Below are positions 26,506 through 38,211 of a stretch of 64,000 nt of DNA, in pieces. A program made the position numbers and the translations under genes. Under the pieces are notes generated by a model. It saw only the letters and a list, made by a program, of their open reading frames with translations. It did not search any database and was not told where the DNA came from. The DNA is from Macrostomum lignano (lineage: Eukaryota), in assembly GCA_002269645.1 (NCBI GenBank), contig NIVC01000068.1, positions 62,001-126,000 of the forward strand, written 5' to 3'. Every line of letters begins with the position of its first letter. Position 1 is the stretch's first letter.

Positions 26506-27729
26506 AGGGCACCTCCAATCTCAGGCACTGACACGGTAACGGTGAAGAGGACTGAAGAAAGAAGAGAGAGGAGAGAGAGAAGAGAAAAGGAGATGTGAGA
26601 CAGGAGGGAAGAGAATAGGAGGAGATGAGAGAGGAGAGAAGAGAGGAAAAGGAGGTGAGAGAGGAAAGAAAAAAGAAAAAGAGGAGATAAGAGAGGAGAG
26701 AAGAGAGAAAATGAGGAGATGAGAGAGAAAAGGAGATGAGAGAGGAAAGAAAAAAGAAAAAGAGGAGAGAAGAGAGGAGAGAAGAGAGAAAAAGAGGAGA
26801 TGAGAGAGGAAAGAAAAAAGAAAAAGAGGAGAGAAGAGAGGAGAGAAGAGAGAAAAAGAGGAGATGAGAGAGGAAAGAAAAAAGAAAAAGAGGAGAGAAG
26901 AGAGGAGAGAAGAGAGAAAAAGAGGAGATGAGAGAGAAAAGGAGATGAGAGAGGAAAGAAAAAAGAAAAAGAGGAGAGAAGAGAGGAGAGAAGAGAGAAA
27001 AAGAGGAGATGAGAGAGGAAAGGAGATGAGAGAGGAAAGAAAAAAGAAAAAGAGGAGAGAAGAGAGGAGAGAAGAGAGAAAAAGAGGAGATGAGAGAGAA
27101 AAGGAGATGAGAGAGGAAAGAAAAAAGAAAAAGAGGAGAGAAGAGAGGAGAGAAGAGAGAAAAAAAAGGAGATGAGAGAGGAGATACAAAGAGACACAAA
27201 CCTGGAGCGGACCGAATGCCTTTATGAAGTTTCAAAGGACCCGAGGGCCAGCTGGTAGAGAGGCTTTGCGGGGCTCAAGTGGCACATGGGCCGGAGTCCA
27301 CCTACCCCTGCCTTAGCCATTAGGACACATAAGCACAGGCCACAGTTACTGTCAAACTAAATCACCTCACCTGTAAACTTTCAACCGATCCAACAAAATC
27401 CGACTGCACTCCAGCGCGTCTGGCATGTTAGTAAATCTTAACCGACTTAGCGACCAAAGCGCACTGTCGCCTGGCAACCGCTTGGCAACAATCAATTCCA
27501 GTGTATTAGACACGAGATTGTCATTGGGAGTCAATGCGTTCAACACTAGGCTAAGAGGGACACTCTCGGCAGTTTTAGGACTGTTGGCAAATTGCCAAAT
27601 CAGACGCTGCTGCAAACTATTCGAACTTGTTAAGCCGGCTGCGGGTAGCTGAAGTTTACAGGCCAGTCCCATAAACTGACAGTCGAATTGGAAGCTCTGC
27701 GCTTCAGTAGCGGCGGCGGATTCTGACAT
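21218..27729 (-). CDS. CERK: Ceramide kinase; exons 27729-27371, 25954-25769, 24822-24677, 23739-23436, 21926-21218 (567 aa)
   Basis: Spliced product has LLFINPTSG, CVGGDG, IGVIPSGSTD, GLLSYGYFGDI..SESLRWLGPMRYD, the CERK CxxxCxxC motif (CHRRCQLC, 21883-21860), AHLADGLADL and SAWNSDGE; all junctions GT-AG, total 1704 nt in frame. Confidence 0.92.
22010..23365. repeat. 22-bp minisatellite (TTGGGATCTGGGAAGCGTTACC) grading into a GACCTTGGGATCTGAGAAACGT variant; CERK intron 4
   Basis: Direct tandem repetition. Confidence 0.96.
23900..24650. repeat. About 21-bp minisatellite (GATCTATAGATTAGGGATCGG) with higher-order alternation; CERK intron 3
   Basis: Direct tandem repetition. Confidence 0.95.
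24950..25740. repeat. About 22-24-bp minisatellite (AAATATGGTCATAAAAGACACCCC); CERK intron 2
   Basis: Direct tandem repetition ending about 25 nt from the exon 2 donor. Confidence 0.95.
26440..27190. repeat. AG-rich low-complexity/tandem tract; CERK intron 1
   Basis: Purine-only repeats on plus strand; Leu/Ser/Phe and Arg/Glu/Lys ORFs are artefacts. Confidence 0.95.
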
Positions 27730-30063
27730 GCCGCGGTGTACAATCTGACAGGCATGCTGTGGGTTGTGAATTTCACTTAGCTCACAGTTTCTAAAACTTC
27801 AGTTTGTATTTCCACAAAGTATAAATTATGATAGACTCTAAAATGGCCAAACTTACATACATTCTCTGTACAAATCTAGTAATTAGTGCCAGTAAGCAAA
27901 TTTCAAGATTTTTAAGACTTTTTGACTTTCAATTTTTAATAATTTAATTAGCTAGGCCTCAATGCTAAGTATTTTGATTTTTATAAAGTATATTTTCTAG
28001 ATTTTATATTTTCAACAATTTTCTATATTTTAGCTTAGTTAGATGATCCCTGATTAGAATACCTACTAAATAAAAGTCAATATTAACAACAACAAGTATA
28101 TGTTTATTTATTTAATGATATCACCATCATATAATCCTATCCTTGAACTATAACAATATTGACAGTAGGCCCAATGCCCATAGATAAATTGGCCCATAGG
28201 GCATAGGTAAATAGTTTATATAAATATAATGGTATTGTCATTGTATTTAAAATCTCTTAAAATATCTACAATGAATTTTTAAATGAAAATAAATTATTGT
28301 TAAGGGGTCTAATGAGATTTCTTAAAGGCTATTTTGTACTGAAAGTTCATGTTGTTTCAACCATAACTCATCTAAAAATAAGTATTTTTTAATTAAAAAT
28401 TTTACTTGAAGAATTATTAACCATAGATAAACTAGCTCCTTAAAAGCTACTCTGCTATAAGCCAAATTGTTTGAATCTAGGTATATCAACTTTGAGTATC
28501 TATATTATATACAATATGCTGAGAAAAGCAAAATTAAAAAATGGACCTAGTCACCTAGACAATATGCACTTAACAATTGATGCTTAAGAATATAAAAAAT
28601 AACCTAGAAGATGAGAAATGATCTCTAGTGATCTTTATCTTTTATCTTTTGGTCTTGCTAAGTACTTAAGGAATGACCAAAATATATTTTTTCTATTCTT
28701 TAAAAGGATCTATATGTCTGAGGTCTCATAATAAAACTAAGCAAGATAAGATTGATAATGGTCAAAATAGACAAAGTTTAAATAGATGTTGCATTTTTTG
28801 CAAAGGAAAATAAGTAGTAAGTCAAGTTTTGTTGCCTTGAATCAAGTAGCTTGCATTGAGTTGAGTAATTTTTACATTTTTTTGTTAATATTTTGATAAA
28901 ACTTCTTATTAATTAATATTTTGTACTTTTAAACTTGAAAAAAACTATTGTATTTTGTTTATTTTTTGCTGCTATCTTGTGTTATAATAATAAATAATGC
29001 TTGCTATTATTTTAATAATTTTTTAATATGCTAAAGCTTGTTTTAATAGCAATCAATGAATAATGATATCATGAAAAGAAAAAAAAATATTGCTCAATGA
29101 CATTAAATCATTATTTATAGCCTATTTTATAGTGTGTTATAGTTGTGTTTTATAAGTCTTTTGGCTTAGTATTAGGCTCTTAGTGACCAGCCATTGCTTG
29201 GAAATCAAATTGAATTGATATTTTTTATTTATATTTCAATAATCTAGCAATAGGCAATAGCCAATATTTAATAACAATAGGCTCCGCTCTATATCTTTCT
29301 AACATACTATAGGCCTAGTAAAAATAGGCCTTATCATCCATTATATTTAACTTTTTATTTCACATATTGCATGAAAGTATTTTTATCCTTATTTCTGTTG
29401 AGTATTGTGTATAGGCTACTGTATATTTCTTTCTTTTTAATTGCTTTTAGCTCTAGTCTAAGTCTAAAGTATTTTAGCAAAAAACCTATCCTTCTATTCG
29501 AATTTGTCTGTTGCATGCATTTTAGCACTTCACTTCACTTAGACAGTTGAAGGCGACAGGTAAAACAAGCATAAATAGGCACACTAGGCAGAACTACTTT
29601 TACTTCCTCAACACAACGCCCTCAATGAAGTCACAGCTTACAATTACAAATATTGTCTGCCTCTACTAAGTAAGCACTTAAAAAATATAGTACAGCTACT
29701 AATTGTGTGAGTAATTTAATAACTCAAGACTAATTCCGTGATTCGAATACTCAAAATACAAAACTGAATTTATTTCAACAGTATAAAACTGTAGCTTAAT
29801 TTACTATTGTAAAATTCAAAGACCTTGCCCTCCTATTGCCGATGCATATTTCTTAGAAAAACTCGTGTTTAAAGTTTTGCAAATTTGTTTAACATGTGTA
29901 GCATGGGAGATATTCGAGATATTATGTACATTATTATTATTATAAAATAAAAATTTGCAAAATAGCTTATGACAAAATTCCTTGATTAAGAATTGTTGAA
30001 TAAAATATATATTGTTGAAATATATTGTTGAAAGTACGTAATTTGCATTGCTAAGTACCATTA

Positions 30064-31375
30064 GACAACACCCAGAGTGTTGACCACCAGTCCGACACTC
30101 GCCGCAACAGCAGCCAGCTTTCCAGTTGTCTCTGGGCGCCTTCGACAGTTGAGGACAGCAGAGCGAGATCGGACGTCGGCGGCGTAGCCAAGCGCGCTGA
30201 GGCTGAGCCGCCTCTACTTTCTTCGATCGAACCACGCGTCGCTGCAACAGAAAGCAGCTTCGCCGTTGGTAGAAAGAGCGGTCCGCAGCACCCAGTCAAG
30301 CACCAGACAAGGACCGCTGTATATAGTGGTCCTTGGCAACCAGAACAAACAGGAACGGCGCAAGCGAATCTCCCTGAAGCCTGAAGCACCCCGCCGGAGG
30401 ATGTCTCAAAGAAGTCCGATCGATAGGCCGTCCGCGGTGTTAAACAGTAGCAGTTTTCGCATCGCGGTAAATCGCTATTTATGATGGCAAAAGTGAACTG
30501 CTTTGACACGTTGTACGCACGGAGCACATTTGGTAGCACAGACCTGAACACTGAGTCGAATGCCTTTTTGAAATCTGCAGTTAAACAACTTCGCAGCGAA
30601 TGCTCGACCTCAAGCCTTATGGTGCCCGGCTTTTTGTGGTGCTCGTCGAGGTGCTCGTCGCAGGAACTGCAACGATGTGCGCCGTGGTACACTCGTAATC
30701 GGGTGCCTCCTCACCGAAGAACACGGGATCTCACTGAGACCTCACTGGCCACACAGTGGATGCGTAGCGCCTCGATGGGCACCTCAATCCGAACCCAGCG
30801 CTTTCCCGCGCACGGTTGACTGTTGGGCGAGCCTCACAACACCGGCTGTGCTGACTGGTGCTAGGCTGAAACTCTCCTCTGCCGGCAAAGGCATCTCCGG
30901 CGGCAGCGTCAGACTGTCTGGCAGCGGGGGTGGCGGCGCATTGACAATGACGGTAAAGAACTCACGCAGCTCGTTCCTGCATGCGCTTGTCCACAGAGTC
31001 GCCTGCCAGGTTAGCGGAATGCGCCGCTTTTCGCCCCGTCAGAGCGTTGATAGCCGACCAGGCTACGCGGCCTCTAGCATCGGGCCCAGCGGCAGCGACG
31101 GCCCAAATGGCTTCATCAGCAGCAGCCTGCTGTCGCTGCAGATAGACAGCCGCCAAGGCCTCCTCTGCCTCGTGGGTTGGTCGCCTGCTCAAACGGAGTC
31201 TCTCCAGCTCTTCCCTCGCTTGCCGAATCGCGGAGTCGTCTTGCCATACCGGCTGCTCCCGCTGGGCCGGTCGCATCAGCGGGACTGCTTGTTCCGCGGC
31301 GGCTCGAACTACAGCACACACCTCCACGTGCTCGGCATCTCCAGCGCAGTGATGAAAGCGCTATCAAAGCGGCTG
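30064..31375 (-). mobile_element. Degenerate RTE-type LINE ORF2 fragment (linker + reverse transcriptase), inverted relative to its 3' part
   Basis: Minus-strand translations RGRVAWSAINALTGRK, KKPGT, DFKKAFDSV..VLRAYNV, GVLQ, DLALLSSTVEGAQRQL, VGLVVNT; frameshifts and internal deletion. Confidence 0.85.
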
Positions 31376-31440
31376 CGCAAGGCTTCTGACCCCTCCTTCA
31401 CCCCGATGACTCATCACCCTCCTCTCGAGCAACTTTTTTC

Positions 31441-32097
31441 CTATTTTCTGCCGAGGCGCTGACAGGCAGATAACGGAGCTTCCGCGCTGTCAGCAGTTCG
31501 TCTACCTCGGCGGTCTGGTACCTGACATCCGCGAAGATCTGCGGCGTCGCCGCGGGCTCGCTTGGGCTGCCTTTCGCTCTGTGAGGGCGGTCCTGCAGTC
31601 CGAGGCCCTACCTGACCGCCAGAGGGCGGCGCTGTTCCAGGCGGTGGTCGAGACCGTCCTGTTGTACAACGCCGAGACCTGGACGCTGACGGATTCGCTC
31701 GAACAGCAAGTCAACGCGGCGCACGCTGGCCTGCTGCGCGCCGCCTTTAAGATCAGCGACGAGCGGATCACTAACGCGGCACTCTATCGCCGTGCCGGCC
31801 TGGCTCGTCCAAGTGAACTGCTGCGACTTCGGCGACTCCAGCTGGCAGGCCACATCATCCGCGCCGAGTCCTACTGCCTGCAGCCGGTGCAGGAGGTGCT
31901 GCTGCTGACAGTGCAGGCACCCTACCGGCGCGGCCAGGCCCGAACTCGGCGTTTCGTCGACTGCCTGCTGGCCGACGCTGGCGCCCCGGACTCTGCCGGC
32001 GGTGCGGCCTTTGTTCGCGCCCAGGCTCTGAAGCGTGCCCTGTGACGCTGCATTTTTTCCACCTGACAGCGTATTTTGTTGTTGTTGTTGTTGTTGT
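31441..32097 (+). mobile_element. 3' end of RTE-type LINE with (TTG)n tail
   Basis: LPRCQQFVYLGG..AWAAFRSV..FQAVVETVLLYNAETW..LQLAGHIIR; stop at 32045; (TTG)n at about 32076-32097. Confidence 0.88.
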
Positions 32098-34503
32098 CTC
32101 ATGCTATTGCTCTCTTCTCGAAATTTCTCATGCGACACCCACCCTTCCTCCGCTCCTATTGTTCTCGTTTTTTATTCTTTTGTTCTCTTTTCGCTCCTAA
32201 TTATCAAATTTTCCCAGATTTTCTCGTTCTATTGTTTCTTCTTTCGCACCCAAGTAGCACCTTTTTCTCAATGTTTACTTTTCTATTGTTCTCGGTTCTC
32301 CCCAATTATCCCCGATTTCCATTTCTTTTGTTCTCGGTCCGGATCCCATTGTTCTCAATGTTTGCTTGCGCAACACTTTTCCGGCGCCCCACTGTGCTTA
32401 TTTTCCACCCACCCCTCCTCCGGATTGCGCAATCCTCCCATTTCTCATGTCACCATGCCGTTCTCATGCTTCTCATCATGACTCATTCTGACGTCATCTT
32501 CCCAGCAGCCAATCAGAGAGAGGGAGTCATGGAAACGACCTTGGAGCGGCGGCCGTGGGGACTATTTAAGGAAGCGATTTTCGGCGTGAGAACCTCAGAT
32601 CTTTTCTGTTTTTCGCGGGTTTCTCCCGTTCGGACCTTAAGTCTTCCAGTCCTACTATTGGACTTACTTCGTCTATAAGGCGAACCTCTGCCGGCCCGCG
32701 GTCTGATACCGCCAAGTTTCCTCAGCTCCCCTAGCGAGCTCATCTGCCGGCCCACGGTCTTTTACCACCCAGCATCCTCAGCATCACCTGAGCTACATCA
32801 GCGCATCGCCGCTTCATTGTCTGCCTGTCCGCAGTCCACAGCCGCCGTCGGTCACTCCATCGCTCTCTCTCTCTCTCTGTGCAGCTGCCGGTGAGTTCCT
32901 GTACTAATTTGTGCTTTAATTGCCTTTGCTTATCCGGGGTTTGCTTTTTTTCCATTGCTTGATTAGAGAACTGGGCCAATTGTGTACCGTACTTTGCTGT
33001 ACGAGCTATTTTACTCAATAGTGAAGCCGCATAACTGCCTGTTGATTTCGCCTAAGGGCCTAATTATTAACCATAACTAAACTCCTCATTTTTAACATCT
33101 TCACTATCATTTCACTCATGGCTTGTTGAGCCTTTCTCCCTGGGTGGCAAAGCATAAGGAAGCTGGGGTAAGCTAATGGCCTCTCCCCGTGCAAAGCCCG
33201 CCTGTGTGTGCGTGCTGCGGGTCCGTGTGTGCGTGCAGTAGAGGGGATTAGCGTGTCTCGGCACAGAATGGCAGCAGGAAGGTTGCAACGTCCTGCTTAC
33301 GCGTCCCTTCGCCCTGAGCAATCTAAACTATAGCTAGTACATGTTCATCTCGCACTACTCTTAGTAATTGGAGCCGCAAGTCCGCCTCGCTCACAGCCAC
33401 AAAGGATCCCCTGCTGAGAAATCCTCCAGATTGAGTCCAGAGTTCCCGAATATGCCCCAAGCAGAGTCCCTGTACTCGGCTGCATGTGTCTCCCCTGTTA
33501 GCCTAAATCCCCTGGTAACCAATCCAGGCGGGGCTCTAGCTTTGAAAGGTCTGGTAGTAAGATCCAGGTGCGCCAGGTCACATTGAGTGTTGGGCGGTGG
33601 CAGCTATTCGGTCATACCATGACCGAGTGACCAATTATTGCACCTTGGCTACAGGTGGGGTCCATGTGGGTCCTTGGCCCTCTGGTCATGAAAGCGCTAC
33701 CAAAGCTATCAATCATGTGAGCGGGACAGTCTGGTGCTGGAGGTCCGTCAGGTCATTGCCCGGTCATAGGCAGCCTACGGTCACTGCCCCCTCTGGTCAT
33801 GCGTTCGCTTCCCCGCGGAGCGGACGGTCATCAAGGGGTGTTACATCAAATTAATAATTAAATCTAATCTGTTAAATCTATTAAATCTAAATCTAATTAT
33901 CAATTAGATTTCAAGTTAATATAATAAGCTACAATACTTCTTCCTTCTTTATACCTACTTTAGTAGTATTTTACATACAAGTATTTACTTATTATTTGTT
34001 ACTTTCTTACTCGTAAATGGCTTGGATGACCTCTCTGTGTCAGCTGAAAAGATGTACAGTATAAGCAAAGACAGTAGTGTATTATAAAGTCTGTTTTGAA
34101 AAAGTGCCAGTCAGTCAACTCAACGAAATTAAGAGTTAATAAGTTCAGATCTTTTTGTTTTAACACTATCGCATTTTTCCATTAGCAAAAGCCATTACAG
34201 TGCCCAGCAAAACAAAATTACTGTTTCAACCGTCATCTTGTGACGACTAAAGAACGAAGTTCTAATAGTTAATTCACTAAATTATTGTCAAGCCCGAGCA
34301 AATTCATTACATGTGGGTATACTCGTACATGTATATCCTCTCAACAGAATTGTTATGTTTATGGCAAATTTGTAAACTTATTGTCAAATCGACCATCAAT
34401 CGCAATACACATACATGTAAATTTATGTGCTGTGACTAGAAAAGTTCGGTAAAACACTCAGCACTCAAAGCAGCTTACCGGAATTAGAGAATTTGATCGC
34501 CAC

Positions 34504-36621
34504 ATGGAGACAATGCCAGCAGCTTTTCTGTACTTAGTAACGACGTATTTTGCCCAGCAACTATGTGTCGCCGTACCACAGCCAGAGTTTCAAAGAGACA
34601 GCAACCGAACCAGCAACTTTCTGGCGAGCGACGAAGTGTGGGTGCCCGGAACTACTACCCTGGTTACTATGCGAATGGTTGGAGAGCCGCTGGACATTGC
34701 AGTTCGATTGCTCAATGGTCCCGCTTCGTTTGGACAGCCTAAACTCTACCTAATGGTGAAATGTTCGCAGTCGGACAGTTTCGTTACAGCGGAGCTGTTT
34801 ACCGGATTTACTGAGCCCATTTCTGCTACGGGTGAGAATAACAACAAACTGGGGCGCGTGTTCTGTAAGCACAGGCAGCCATTCTCTGTTCAGCCAGTAC
34901 AAAGTCGGAGCAACCAGTTCAGGCTGAAGCTGATTGACAACGCCGGGAGAGTTCCGTTTGAGGAATCGCTCGACTTGTCAGCAGAGATAGCTGTACGGGC
35001 CGCGTACAACAGACTCGAGCTGACTTCGAGTAGTCTACTCATCTACAACTGGGACTCTCTACTCAGCTTTAAAGTCCAGCCCGCCCAGCATCCTGGTGCT
35101 GCATCGCAATCTGTGGACCGCGTGCTCTCAGAGGAGGGCAAATCTTATCTGTTTTCTCTCTTTTATGAAGTCCAGCAACCTTTTTTGCAAAAGGTGAATT
35201 TCTTAAAGCAAAGTTTCATTAAATTAGTGAATAACGCGTCTCTTGTAATGCGCAGGCATTTGACAGTCTCGATAATAGTTCGCTTTGACGAAAAATCCTG
35301 CTCAGAGCCAGTAGAGACCAGCTCGGCAATCGTTATTTCATCTGGCGATCCAACATTGAGAAATGAATCCTATTACAAGCGATCTGACTTCTTCCAGCCT
35401 TGTTGTGTCTTAAATTTGCAAACAGGTGCTTTAGAAGTAAACGAAGTACTTCTTGGTAATTTATTCTGGCAAGTGATTAGAAGACGGAAAAGTATTTATT
35501 CAGCCGTATTTTTCTGCCTTGCGATATCTTCAAGCAATAAAGCGATGCGATATCATTCATCTTTAACCCTCAAAAAGGCATCAACTATTATTCGTCCCGA
35601 GTTGATTAACGAATATCGCAACGATTCTGGCTCTGAAAACGGGAAAACTAAGCAGACCCCCGCTCGTGTTTATCCAAGCCAGAGATTCGAAAATGAGTAT
35701 ACTTCTGTCTACCCAAGCTGGTTTATAGGGACGGCAGAAAAATATTTCAAAATTTCAAGTGCTCTCGATGATGTTCGGCGGCAAAAATGTAGAAATAGCG
35801 CGGATAGCATGGAAGTGCAGCTCATTTCTGGAATGATTGACGTCCTCATAAAAACGCCAATCACGTGCTTCAAAAGTAGCAAGGCCTATCGCGTGTTCCA
35901 CAATGGCACGGTGTGCGCTGGTCAGGTGGGAGGCGACGGCTTTCGAAACTGCAGTCAGTACTCAGTTAGCAAGTTTTACTCAGCTATCCGGTTTGATGGC
36001 ATGCTTAGCACTAAACATGCTGGAGTTTACACATTCGCTACAGAGGACACAGTGTTCAAGTTCATAGTGACAGTGAAAAGCCTACCTTTGTTCCGCACCG
36101 ATGCTCAGTCTGGAGATCTCCAAGCGGAATCGATGGTCACCGAGCTGGTCCAGCTGTTTAACCTGAGCTGCACTGCGTTTTACTCCGGCGTGTCACCTGT
36201 CAGTCTGAGGCCGTCATTTTTAGTTAAGGCTGCCGGAAAGCTGCTGGAGTTGTCTGTCCACGAGTTCACTCAGTACTTGGGTACGGCTCCTCAGAAGCTA
36301 GAGGTGAAACGTAGCGACGACAACAACAGCAGCAGCAGGCTGCAGCTGTACATGCCTTACGTGGAGAAGCCAAGAGCAGAGGCCATTTCCTTTGTAGTCC
36401 GTTGCCGGGCCTCACTAACGGCTGCAGTTACAAAAGAGCTTCTTGGCACGTCAGTGGAGTACTCAACTGAAACTCGTGGCATTGTCCGCTTTACGCATTC
36501 TGATGAAGATTGGACTTTTCGGAACTTATTGGCAAAACTCTTCTCGCCGAGACTTTGCTGCGACGCTGTGCTACTCACAACAGCTCTGTTACTAGCTACT
36601 GTTGCCAAGTACTTAAATTGA
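34504..36621 (+). CDS. Uncharacterised predicted surface protein, paralog A (705 aa): signal peptide, Cys-containing ectodomain, hydrophobic C-terminus (possible GPI signal)
   Basis: Long intact intronless ORF; N-terminal AAFLYLVTTYFAQQLCVA; C-terminal AVLLTTALLLATVAKYLN; many NxS/T sequons; paralogous to 41052-43094. Confidence 0.8.
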   Translation: METMPAAFLYLVTTYFAQQLCVAVPQPEFQRDSNRTSNFLASDEVWVPGTTTLVTMRMVGEPLDIAVRLLNGPASFGQPKLYLMVKCSQSDSFVTAELFTGFTEPISATGENNNKLGRVFCKHRQPFSVQPVQSRSNQFRLKLIDNAGRVPFEESLDLSAEIAVRAAYNRLELTSSSLLIYNWDSLLSFKVQPAQHPGAASQSVDRVLSEEGKSYLFSLFYEVQQPFLQKVNFLKQSFIKLVNNASLVMRRHLTVSIIVRFDEKSCSEPVETSSAIVISSGDPTLRNESYYKRSDFFQPCCVLNLQTGALEVNEVLLGNLFWQVIRRRKSIYSAVFFCLAISSSNKAMRYHSSLTLKKASTIIRPELINEYRNDSGSENGKTKQTPARVYPSQRFENEYTSVYPSWFIGTAEKYFKISSALDDVRRQKCRNSADSMEVQLISGMIDVLIKTPITCFKSSKAYRVFHNGTVCAGQVGGDGFRNCSQYSVSKFYSAIRFDGMLSTKHAGVYTFATEDTVFKFIVTVKSLPLFRTDAQSGDLQAESMVTELVQLFNLSCTAFYSGVSPVSLRPSFLVKAAGKLLELSVHEFTQYLGTAPQKLEVKRSDDNNSSSRLQLYMPYVEKPRAEAISFVVRCRASLTAAVTKELLGTSVEYSTETRGIVRFTHSDEDWTFRNLLAKLFSPRLCCDAVLLTTALLLATVAKYLN

Positions 36622-37478
36622 ACGATTGCCCTCGTTAAACTAGGGTGGAAACTTCACATAGTAAATAATGGCACTACTCGATGCATTCAAAACATATAAG
36701 ATTTAAATGGTAGGGTTGGATTGGGTGGTAGGATTGTAACATTGTTACAGATGAGATATTGCATTTCGCTACCCATTTTGATTTAATTTGCTTTACTTTT
36801 TAGGTCCTGCATGATTTTAAAGGTAGATTACTTGTAGCTAACTTTATATATACTTTGGTGTCGATTGCTGGTATTCGCGTGCATTTATGAAAGCTTCATC
36901 ATTTTTATTGGCTCCTCTTGTTTTTGGATAAGAATATCGGAAACTATATGTGAATTAAATAATCTTATGGCTGTTTTGATATTTGACCTGCGCTACGTAA
37001 TAATTAAACAAAAATTATTAAACCATTTATAGCATTTTTTTGTCTTTCCAACGTCTTCAGATCTTCACGGACTCGAAAATAGCAAATCTGCTATTTGAAG
37101 ATTAGAGAAGTTATATAAAGAACTGCTAAATCAGGCTCTTTCGAGATCGAGCTGTAGTGTTTAAAACTACATTAGATAAATATCATTGCAGGTAAAACGA
37201 ACTAATTAGTTTGTATTCTTGTAAATTCCTTGATTCAAAAAATAAAGAATCGAAAATATTCGATAGACAAATACAGATTGACGGTTTGGACAACTGAAGT
37301 GAAAGTCTTTCAATTTTTAGCACTAAAATACCCTCGCCTGGATCTACTCACTCACAGGTTTATTAAACAATTTTTACGAAATGCTATCGGACAACAGCAA
37401 GTAAGCAAAGTTTCAGGCTGAATTTCAGCTGATCCTGTCTTTTAATTGTATTTTTTAGTTTAATTAAACACTATCAGA

Positions 37479-37632
37479 GGAGTTCTAGCCTAGTGGTTAG
37501 GTTAGAGCGTCGGACTCACGACTGGAAGGTTGGGGGTTCGATTCTCGACCCACTCAGGACAATGTGTGTCCTTGAGCAAGACACTTAACTCTGCATTGCT
37601 TCAATTCACGCGCTGTAAAATGAGTGCCAGCA
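37479..37632 (+). mobile_element. tRNA-derived SINE with CORE-like central domain
   Basis: A-box TAGCCTAGTGG, B-box GGTTCGATTC, followed by TGTGTCCTTGAGCAAGACACTTAAC..CTGTAAAATG resembling the CORE-SINE consensus; 3' boundary uncertain. Confidence 0.7.
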
Positions 37633-38211
37633 TTCCGCTCACCTTCACCCAGTTCCGCCAACTTGACTAGGTTAAGTGCAACAAGCCTTCTCCATCGCTA
37701 GACAATATCATCCTGCCACAGGTCAGAAGGAACGTGCTCGATCAAAGTCAGTGTGAAGTCAACGAGTCATCTCATCAAGCAAGCAAGAAGACCAAGTTTC
37801 AACGTGTTACGCTCGTATAACATCATCGAAACCGGAAGCCCAACGTAATGTACATGGGCAGCCCTGCATAAAAGCAGATGCTCAAACACAAGTGACACCG
37901 AAGGACCTGGACGGTGGGCGATCAGTGGCCTCTGGAACCACGGACCCCGAAGGGGGAGTCACTCGACTCCCACAAAGGGAATGGCCAGGGGGCGACTGTG
38001 CGCCTGCACGTGCAACAACGTCTTCCTGGCCAACGCTCCAGACGCACCGCACCGCCTGTTCGTCTGGCGCAATCCCAACGGGGCGTCCCTGGAAACAGAT
38101 GATTGACTACAAATGCTAATTAACTAAATGACACTATTTGAAAATTCACATTTTACTATCAATTATTATACTGATTAATGGCCACACTTAATTTCCTATC
38201 CCCTATCAATA

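Noticed and set aside
37479-37560. Functional tRNA gene
   Set aside because: A and B boxes are present but no acceptor stem closes and the sequence continues into a SINE core domain
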